From positions 1 through 64,000 of the IMG/VR virus record IMGVR_UViG_3300036773_000096: DNA of 64,000 nucleotides; one strand, written 5' to 3'. This document shows, in pieces, positions 18,446 to 25,589 of the stretch (position 1 is the first letter of the stretch; every line of letters begins with the position of its first letter). The notes under the pieces are model-generated. The model did not search any database. It was not told the DNA's origin and saw only the letters and a list, made by a program, of their open reading frames with translations. Source of the stretch: a virus. The translations under genes were made by a program, and so were the position numbers.

Positions 18446-18993
18446 TCCCCAGGGCGATGGTCGAGGAGGCCCGGCTGGCCACGGAACGTCTCGCCGCCGG
18501 GCAAGGGTGCCCTTCGGTGCTCATGGAGCTGCTTGACCTGCTGGAGGCCGGTGCCCCGGTGGAGGCGCCCCGCACTGACCGGCGGACCGACGGGCCGCTG
18601 TTGATCGCCCGGCCGCGCTACCGGGGCAAGACATCTGAGTTGATCCAGTGGCTGGTCAACGGACGACGAGTGGACGGGTGGCCGGGGTGGTCTCGGTTGA
18701 TCGTGGTGGCCGATTCCAATCGGCAGATGACCATGATGGGCAAGTGGAACCATCAGGTGCACCCGTTGGTGCCCGGTGGGTTGGGCAAAGTGGTTATCAC
18801 TGCGCCCGAGCTGCACAACCGTATTCCCGGCATGCGGATCAATCAGGGGATCGAGGTCGGTTTCGATGACGTCGATGCGGTGCTGTGGGCCACGCTGGGG
18901 CTGTTGCCGGATGTGATGACGATGACGGCACGGCCGGTGGCGACACTGCCGGGCCGGGAGCCGATCGTACCGCCCCAATACCCCCCTATCTGA
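18442..18993 (+). CDS. hypothetical protein with P-loop-like motif
   Basis: ARPRYRGKTS and VGFDDVD; GGAGGAGG RBS. Confidence 0.55.
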   Translation: MIPRAMVEEARLATERLAAGQGCPSVLMELLDLLEAGAPVEAPRTDRRTDGPLLIARPRYRGKTSELIQWLVNGRRVDGWPGWSRLIVVADSNRQMTMMGKWNHQVHPLVPGGLGKVVITAPELHNRIPGMRINQGIEVGFDDVDAVLWATLGLLPDVMTMTARPVATLPGREPIVPPQYPPI

Positions 18994-19013
18994 TACCCTG
19001 CGTAGTGTTCCGG
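18991..19013 (+). promoter_or_regulatory. conserved element copy 5 (TGATACCCT-N7-GTTCCGG)
   Basis: Same spacing; upstream of UvrD-like gene. Confidence 0.7.
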
Positions 19014-19033
19014 TCCGCACTAGGGGGTACTCA

Positions 19034-20758
19034 ATGACGTCACCGCTTGACGAACTGACCACAGCCACCGTTCACCTGCTCGCACAGGGCAACGTGGAAC
19101 GCATCTACGGGCCGCCCGGCACGGGGAAGTCCACCACGCTGAAAGGCATGATCCGTGATGCCGTCGCCGAGCACGGCACGGAGTCGGTTCTGGTTACCAG
19201 CTTCACCGTCACGGCCGCGAAGTCCCTGGCCGGCATGGATCTGCCCCTGCCCGACCGGCAGGTGGGCACGCTGCACTCAGCGGCCTACCGGGCGATCGGC
19301 ACCCCGGACGTCGCTCTAGACGCCAAAGTGCTGAAGGATTGGAACTCCCGCGTGCGCGCCGACTGGCGGATCACTTCCGACGGCCGCCGGGGCAGTCCCG
19401 ACAACGTCGGCGACATGGGTCCCGGTGGTGATGGTGGCGACGAGCTGATCGCCGCCTACGACATGGCCCGCTCCCAGCTGATCCCGGTCGCCGACATGCC
19501 GGCGGCGGTGCGCGAGTTCGCCCAGCACTGGGAGGGCTGGAAGCGCGACACGGGAGCGATCGACTTCACCGACATGATCCAGGTCGCGCTGGCTCGCGCC
19601 ATGGACGGTGAACGCGCGCCCGGCAGTCCCAAGGTGATCATCTCCGATGAGGCCCAGGACATGACCCCACTGGAGACCGCGCTCGTGCTCGCCTGGGGTG
19701 CCCACGCTGACCGCACCGTGCTCGCCCTGGACGACGATCAGGCCATCATGGGCTGGCGCGGCGGCAACGCCGACCCGATCCTGTCCCTGGGCACTGGCCT
19801 CGACGGTGGCCCGCAGCTCGGTGTCGACATCACCGACCGGGTGCTCGATCAGTCCTGGCGCATCCCCGCGTCGCTGCACACCGTGGCGCAAACCTGGATT
19901 GAACTGTGCAGTCACCGCCGCGACAAGCCCTACCGCCCCCGTGACGTCGACGGGCAGACCTACTCCGTGTCGCACCCCATCGAATCCATGCGCACCGCTG
20001 AAGCGATCGCCCGCGACGCGCACGCCGGCCGCCAAGTGATGGTGATCGCGGCGTGTGAGTACATGCTGCGAGTGCTGGTGTCGAACCTGCGCAAGCTCGG
20101 GGTGCCGTTCGCCAATCGTTACCGGCCCCTGGAGAGCAGGTGGAACCCGCTGCGGGCCGCTAAGGGCATGACCACGGCCGAGCGGCTGTTTCGCTACCTC
20201 GTCCTCGACGAGCGCGCGCTGGGCGACCGGTCACGGCTGTGGACCGGTGACGACGTGCGCGCCTGGCTTGAGCTGGTCCGCACCGACGCCGGCCTGGCGC
20301 GGGGCGCGAAGACGGCGATGAAGATGCTGCCGGCCGGTGAGTTGAGCATCGCCCAGGTTGAGGCCCTGTTCGCCAGTGAGGACGCGCTGGTGCGGGCGAC
20401 CGAACCGGAGCTGGGATGGCTGCTGGAGTCGGTGGCGAACAAATACGCCGACAAGGTGGGCTATCCGGCGGAGGTGGCCCGCGCGCACGGTCCGGCGGCG
20501 TTGATGGATCCCGCGCCGGTCACGGTGGGCACCATCCACTCGGTGAAGGGTGGTCAGGCCGATGTGGTGTACCTGTGCCCGTCGGTGTCGGGTGCCGGCT
20601 GGGGTGAGTGGGTGCGTGGTGGCCGGGCTCGTGATCACACTGTGCGCCAGTTCTACGTCGGGTTAACCCGAGCGAAGGAAGCCTGCGTCGTGCTGGGATC
20701 TACCGAGCGCCACATCCCTGACGGCGTGCTGTGCCCGCGTGAGATGGAGGTCCGGTGA
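19034..20758 (+). CDS. SF1A helicase, UvrD/Rep-like
   Basis: YGPPGTGKST, DEAQD, DDDQAI, TIHSVKGGQAD, FYVGLTRAK. Confidence 0.92.
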   Translation: MTSPLDELTTATVHLLAQGNVERIYGPPGTGKSTTLKGMIRDAVAEHGTESVLVTSFTVTAAKSLAGMDLPLPDRQVGTLHSAAYRAIGTPDVALDAKVLKDWNSRVRADWRITSDGRRGSPDNVGDMGPGGDGGDELIAAYDMARSQLIPVADMPAAVREFAQHWEGWKRDTGAIDFTDMIQVALARAMDGERAPGSPKVIISDEAQDMTPLETALVLAWGAHADRTVLALDDDQAIMGWRGGNADPILSLGTGLDGGPQLGVDITDRVLDQSWRIPASLHTVAQTWIELCSHRRDKPYRPRDVDGQTYSVSHPIESMRTAEAIARDAHAGRQVMVIAACEYMLRVLVSNLRKLGVPFANRYRPLESRWNPLRAAKGMTTAERLFRYLVLDERALGDRSRLWTGDDVRAWLELVRTDAGLARGAKTAMKMLPAGELSIAQVEALFASEDALVRATEPELGWLLESVANKYADKVGYPAEVARAHGPAALMDPAPVTVGTIHSVKGGQADVVYLCPSVSGAGWGEWVRGGRARDHTVRQFYVGLTRAKEACVVLGSTERHIPDGVLCPREMEVR

Positions 20759-21075
20759 CCATTGAGGGTTTCTCCTACATTCCTGCCGCTGATCTGCCGG
20801 CACCGCGCCTGGCGCGGGCACAGCACGTCGCGCTGGATGCGGCGTTGCAGTTTGACATCGCGGTCACCCTGCTGGGCACGGTGCCCGATGAACGGGAGCA
20901 GGTGATCATCTGTACGTGTGGGTGCATGCGGGGCACGCCGGGCTCCATGGTGGTCGTGCCTGACCTGCTGGTACTCGAAGGGATCGCGGAGGGTTGTTCG
21001 GAGGCGGGGCACCAGACGTTGACTCGCCGCGACGGTCGCAGCGGCATGATCATGCGGGAGTGGACGGGTGGCTGA
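20755..21075 (+). CDS. hypothetical protein
   Basis: GTGA coupling. Confidence 0.55.
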   Translation: MTIEGFSYIPAADLPAPRLARAQHVALDAALQFDIAVTLLGTVPDEREQVIICTCGCMRGTPGSMVVVPDLLVLEGIAEGCSEAGHQTLTRRDGRSGMIMREWTGG

Positions 21076-21499
21076 CTTCAGCGGTTTCACTGTGGTCGCC
21101 GAGCTGGACGCTCAACGCGTCCCGGTGACGAAGTCGCGGGCACGCAAGGCCCGGCCGCCATCGGAGACCAGTGTCAAGGACGCGGTGATGAGTAAGATCC
21201 GGCTGGCCAAGGGCTACTGCATCGCCAAGCACATGACCGGCGCCGGCAAGCGGGGCACGCCCGATGTGCTGGCGTGCGTGCAGGGTCGCATGGTGGTAGT
21301 CGAGTGCAAGACCGGCGACTACGAACCGACCCCTGCTCAACTCGGAGAGTTACGGCGGTGGCAGGATGCGGGGGCGCTCGCCGGGTATGTACGCACCGTC
21401 GCTGAACTTGAGCAACTCCTGTCTCACCTGCAAGAACCGGGCTGGCGCAACGATTTCGAGCATCCAGGTGACGGGAGATCCAAAGGTGACCCATGGTGA
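21068..21499 (+). CDS. VRR-NUC domain nuclease (resolvase-like)
   Basis: SETSV...RGTPDVL...VVECKT...PTPAQ. Confidence 0.88.
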   Translation: MADFSGFTVVAELDAQRVPVTKSRARKARPPSETSVKDAVMSKIRLAKGYCIAKHMTGAGKRGTPDVLACVQGRMVVVECKTGDYEPTPAQLGELRRWQDAGALAGYVRTVAELEQLLSHLQEPGWRNDFEHPGDGRSKGDPW

Positions 21500-21524
21500 C
21501 GCACCCGTAGGAACGTTCGTCACC

Positions 21525-21758
21525 ATGCCACTTCAGGTCGATGAGGCTGTCATCAAAGCCATGCCGACCCTGTTTCCCATATCGCGGGCCGGCTTCGCCG
21601 TTCATCAGGCCGCCGTGGACTTCTATGAAACGATCCTGGCCAGCAATCTCGACATCAGCCCGGAATCGCTGGCGCGCTGGACCGATCAGGACGTCGCGCA
21701 CGCTGTGCAGGTGCTACTCGACGCGTGTCATGACCTTGTGGAGCGTCGCTCCGCTTAG
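21525..21758 (+). CDS. hypothetical protein
   Basis: ATG at 21525 after AGGA. Confidence 0.5.
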   Translation: MPLQVDEAVIKAMPTLFPISRAGFAVHQAAVDFYETILASNLDISPESLARWTDQDVAHAVQVLLDACHDLVERRSA

Positions 21759-21767
21759 TCTCCGCTT

Positions 21768-23297
21768 GTGACGGCCCCACCACGGGGCGCCTACACCCGT
21801 GTCGGCGCCGACGAACCCGATGCTGCCATTTTCGCTGCCGCCACCGCACTGATCCGGTCCATTCCCGCGCAGCCCACCACCTCGGATCTGATGGCCCCGC
21901 CGCAGATCGGGCGCGGTGTCGACTGGGATGCGCTGGGCAGTGAGGTCCCGGAGTGGGTTGACGAGGTCAGCCCCAGTCTGATCGCGTTGCGGTGCTTAGA
22001 GCCGCCCCCACCGCGCCCGTGGCGGGCTACCGCGCGCAAGGTGCAGCTGGAGCTGGCGGAGTCGACGACGGCCTACATCATGTTCCTCGCCGGCCGTGGC
22101 ACCGGTAAGACGTGGGCCGCGTCCAACGCGTTCGCCGAGTGGGCGCTATCGGAGGTGGGCAACTGGGCGGTGGTCGCTCCGACGTTCGCCGACGCCCGGC
22201 AGATCTGCGTCGAAGGCCCGTCGGGCTTGCTGGTGGCCCTGGGTGATGACCTGATCAGCTACGACAAGAGCAAGTATGAGATCCGGCTGCGCAACGGGTC
22301 GCTGATCTATCTGGCCAGTGATGACGCCCCGGCCCGGCTTCGCGGTAAGAACCTCAACGGGGTGTGGGCTGACGAGCTGGGTTCGTGGCGGAATCTGAAA
22401 GAGACGTGGGAAGAGGGCATCGAGTTCGCCACTCGTATCGGTTCGTCGCGGCGGCTGATCACGACGACGCCCAAACGCGGCAACAAGATCATCAAAGAGC
22501 TGAACGAGCGGGGCAAACGCGGCGACCCCAACGTCACCCTGCTCCGTGGCTCGACGATGGACAACGCAGCGAACCTCTCCCAGGTCTTCCTCGACACCGT
22601 CCGGGCGCGCTACGCGGGCACCACCCTGGGGCGCCAGGAACTCGACGGGGAACTCCTCGACGAGGTCGAGGGCGCCCTGGTGACCGTGGCACTGATCGAC
22701 GCCACGCGCGTCATGGACGCCGATCACGTGCCGCTGCTGCGGCGCATCGTCATCGGCGTCGACCCTGCCGTGACCGCTGGGGAGACCTCCGATGCGTGCG
22801 GCATCGTCGTCGCCGGGCTCGGCGGGCCACCGATGAACGGATGGGTGGGCCGACCGGCCGAAGTCGAGGGGCTTCACCTGTACTTCCTGGCCGATCACAC
22901 GATGCGGGGCACGCCGCGCTCGTGGGCGCTGAAGGCCCTCCAGGTCGCTGAGGACTGGGACGCCGACGCGATGATCGTGGAGACCAACCAGGGCGGGGAC
23001 CTGTGCACCACCATGCTGCGGATGGTGGCCAAAGAGATGGAGACCCGCACGCCGCGTGTGGTGAAGGTGCACGCGAGCCTGGGCAAGCGCACCCGCGCCG
23101 AGCCGGTCGCAGGAGTGTTCGAGCAGTGCCGAGCCCACATCGTTGGCGGCATCCCCGGTATCGAGGACGGTTTCACCTCGTGGGTGCCCGGTGATCCGGA
23201 GTCTCCCAACGAGCTGGATGCGGCGGTGTGGGCAGCTGTGGGATTGATGCCGCAGCTGGCGATGAAGGGCCCGTCGCCCGTGCGGGTGATCGCATAG
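21768..23297 (+). CDS. terL: terminase large subunit
   Basis: LAGRGTGKT, WADELGSW, ITTTP, IGVDPA, IVETNQGG, SPNELDAAVWA. Confidence 0.92.
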   Translation: MTAPPRGAYTRVGADEPDAAIFAAATALIRSIPAQPTTSDLMAPPQIGRGVDWDALGSEVPEWVDEVSPSLIALRCLEPPPPRPWRATARKVQLELAESTTAYIMFLAGRGTGKTWAASNAFAEWALSEVGNWAVVAPTFADARQICVEGPSGLLVALGDDLISYDKSKYEIRLRNGSLIYLASDDAPARLRGKNLNGVWADELGSWRNLKETWEEGIEFATRIGSSRRLITTTPKRGNKIIKELNERGKRGDPNVTLLRGSTMDNAANLSQVFLDTVRARYAGTTLGRQELDGELLDEVEGALVTVALIDATRVMDADHVPLLRRIVIGVDPAVTAGETSDACGIVVAGLGGPPMNGWVGRPAEVEGLHLYFLADHTMRGTPRSWALKALQVAEDWDADAMIVETNQGGDLCTTMLRMVAKEMETRTPRVVKVHASLGKRTRAEPVAGVFEQCRAHIVGGIPGIEDGFTSWVPGDPESPNELDAAVWAAVGLMPQLAMKGPSPVRVIA

Positions 23298-23336
23298 TGT
23301 GACCGCGATCTGTCCGCAACCTACTAGGAGTGATAA

Positions 23337-24047
23337 TTGATCACCGTAGTTAATAAGTCGACGCTGGTGAGCAACGCCGACGTCCAGCTCATGACCAGGG
23401 CGTGCTGGACGCAGCTGCGCGATCACGCCTCCCCGGCGTGGCGACTGGTGCCAATGACCGTGGTGTACGCGGTCGATGAGGCACACGCACCTCCCGGCTC
23501 GTGGGTCATCGGTGTCCTCGACGACTCCGATCAGGCCGGGGCGCTGGGCTGGCACACCGAAGACGGGGGAGTGATCTATGGGCGGGTGTTCGCGCGCCCG
23601 GTACTGGACAACGGCGGCAACGCGCTGACCGCGAAGCTGTCGATCGCCTCAGTGCTCAGCCACGAGGTGCTGGAGACGTTCGTCGACCCGTCGTGCAACC
23701 GTTGGGCTGATGTCGACGGCCGGCATTCGATCGCCATCGAGGTGGGCGACCCGGTGGAGTCGGACTCTTATGCGGTGCAGGTCGACACCACCCAGGTGAT
23801 GGTGAGCAACTTTGTCACGGAGAACTGGTTCGACCCGCAGGCGCGTGGCGGCTTCGACTACATGAAGCGGTGTACGAAGCCTTTCCAGATGACGCGGGGC
23901 GGCTACATCGTTCAGATGACCGACGGTCGAGTGACGCAGAAGTTCGGGGAGACCTACCCGGCGTGGCGTAAGGAGATGAAGCGCACGGAGCTTGCGCGGA
24001 CGTCGCGGCGGATGGCCCTCGCGTCTGGTGGCGCCATCCCCGGCTGA
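23337..24047 (+). CDS. zincin-like metalloprotein (HExxE...DP family)
   Basis: ALGWHT...SHEVLETFVDP...IEVGDPVE; AGGAG RBS. Confidence 0.7.
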   Translation: MITVVNKSTLVSNADVQLMTRACWTQLRDHASPAWRLVPMTVVYAVDEAHAPPGSWVIGVLDDSDQAGALGWHTEDGGVIYGRVFARPVLDNGGNALTAKLSIASVLSHEVLETFVDPSCNRWADVDGRHSIAIEVGDPVESDSYAVQVDTTQVMVSNFVTENWFDPQARGGFDYMKRCTKPFQMTRGGYIVQMTDGRVTQKFGETYPAWRKEMKRTELARTSRRMALASGGAIPG

Positions 24048-24050
24048 CCG

Positions 24051-24073
24051 TGGTAGGGTTGGATTCATTCCAA
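24051..24073 (+). promoter_or_regulatory. conserved element copy 6, variant (TGGTAGGGT-N7-ATTCCAA)
   Basis: First 16 nt identical to copy at 55646; contains GTTGGA-N5-TCCAAC palindrome; no ORF follows. Confidence 0.6.
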
Positions 24074-24200
24074 CCGAGCGAAGTGGGGCACCGGCTGTAC
24101 GAGTCGGCTGCCGCCGGCCGGGGTAGCTCCCCAGGTCGGCCCCCCAGGGGTGAACCTGCCGCATGTGGTAGGGACGGACCCCTGGGGACCTGGACTCACT
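24066..24200 (+). ncRNA. candidate structured small RNA
   Basis: ORF-free; hairpin 24087-24111 and nested stems 24131-24193; lies between two promoter copies. Confidence 0.35.
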
Positions 24201-24220
24201 CCAGATCATCCGCTCCCACC

Positions 24221-24243
24221 TGGTAGAGTTAACGGTGTTCCGA
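24221..24243 (+). promoter_or_regulatory. conserved element copy 7 (TGGTAGAGT-N7-GTTCCGA)
   Basis: Same spacing; GGTAGA...TCTACC inverted repeat; GGGAG RBS follows. Confidence 0.7.
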
Positions 24244-24262
24244 TCTACCGAAGGGAGTCCGC

Positions 24263-24661
24263 ATGCTAGATCGACCTGCCGCCATCCGGGCGGCGCGTGA
24301 AGTGCTCGCATCCTCGCCCGTCGTCGAGGGAGTCAACGACGACCAGCCCATCGTCGACCTGGCGAAGCTGGTAGACGCCGTACTCGCCGCAGCCAACCCC
24401 GACGCACTGATCGTGCCCGCCTACGATGCCCAGCTCGCCCAGTCCGCCCGCTACCGCCTAGAGCAGGACCCCGAAGGCGGCAAGGGCGCACGCATGTCAC
24501 TGTTCGCCCGCCCCGGCGCTGTCTCCGTCGTAGTCGTTGGTCACGCCGACCAGCTTGTCGTCGCCGGCATGGTCGGTCCCGACAGTGCGTGGCACACCGG
24601 ACTCGCCTGGTGCTCCGCTTCCATGGAGTCCGAGCGACAGAGGAACGAGGGGGACAGGTGA
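24263..24661 (+). CDS. hypothetical protein
   Basis: RBS; coupled to next gene. Confidence 0.65.
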   Translation: MLDRPAAIRAAREVLASSPVVEGVNDDQPIVDLAKLVDAVLAAANPDALIVPAYDAQLAQSARYRLEQDPEGGKGARMSLFARPGAVSVVVVGHADQLVVAGMVGPDSAWHTGLAWCSASMESERQRNEGDR

Positions 24662-25242
24662 CCGTTGCCGTGACCAACCCAAAGCCCACGCGGCCACGCT
24701 GGCGCGCCGAAGCCGAGCAGGTGAGCACCTACCCTCTCGACGCACTACCCATCGGTGAGGTGGCCGCCCAGATCGGGGTGTCGGCCGCCCACATCCTCAC
24801 CGCCATGCTGTCCACGGCCTATACCGGTGAGCGTTCCCGGATGCGCCAGATCGCCCGTCCCCGCTGGGACCTCGAAGGCGTCCCCCTGTGGCACCCCGAT
24901 CAGGTCGCCGACTACCACAACCAGGTCGCCGCGCGGCACAACGTGCGCGAGGAGTTCGCGAACCTGCCCACGGTCGACCGGGCCGGGGCACTGAAGATCC
25001 AGGCTGTGTCGCTGCACGGGATGTCTCGGGTGTCCACCGTGCCCGTGACCACGCTGCACCGCTGGAAGCTCGAAGCGGGCTTCCCTCCGCCTGTGGCGAT
25101 CATGGAAGTCAACTCGCCGACGCCCCGGCTGCTCTACTCGTGGCTGGCGGTGCGGGAGCACATGATGCGCTGTCACGCCGACTGGTTCGCTGCCCGCGCG
25201 CCGGAGATCCGGCTGCACGCCCGCACGGTCACTGAGCCGTAA
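24658..25242 (+). CDS. DNA-binding protein with two MerR/AlpA-like winged HTH domains
   Basis: LPIGEVAAQIGVSAAHI...LWHPDQV and SLHGMSRVSTVPVTTLHRW...FPPP...LYSW. Confidence 0.7.
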   Translation: MTVAVTNPKPTRPRWRAEAEQVSTYPLDALPIGEVAAQIGVSAAHILTAMLSTAYTGERSRMRQIARPRWDLEGVPLWHPDQVADYHNQVAARHNVREEFANLPTVDRAGALKIQAVSLHGMSRVSTVPVTTLHRWKLEAGFPPPVAIMEVNSPTPRLLYSWLAVREHMMRCHADWFAARAPEIRLHARTVTEP

Positions 25243-25582
25243 GCGGGTCAGGGTCCGGCGAGCAACCCAACTCCTCATTGATCTCCGCGAGGCGATTCTG
25301 CGCGGCCTCTAGGAGTCCCCGCTTCTCCAGGTGGGCCATTTCGTGCGGGTGCATCTTCAGCGGCCGGCCGGCGTTGCAGCGCCGGCACGACGCGACTAGC
25401 TCCCCGGACTCGATGAACGGCACCATCAGCAGCGGCACCTGCACTTGTGCCCCGCACGGGGGGCTCTGTACGCGGCACTCCCGCACGGCCGACTCGGCGC
25501 TGCTCGGTTCCCCCAGGTAGGTGCACACCAGTCTGTCCCGCTTACGGGGCTGCTCGGGCTCCAGCAGACTGTGTTTGGCCAC
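25229..25582 (-). CDS. hypothetical Cys-containing protein, last gene of late operon
   Basis: GTG 7 nt after upstream stop with GGGGGA; CRRC. Confidence 0.6.
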   Translation of the reverse strand: MAKHSLLEPEQPRKRDRLVCTYLGEPSSAESAVRECRVQSPPCGAQVQVPLLMVPFIESGELVASCRRCNAGRPLKMHPHEMAHLEKRGLLEAAQNRLAEINEELGCSPDPDPLTAQ

Positions 25583-25589
25583 GTCCCCC

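Noticed and set aside
22146-23555. 469-aa minus-strand ORF
   Set aside because: Antisense to terminase; no motifs
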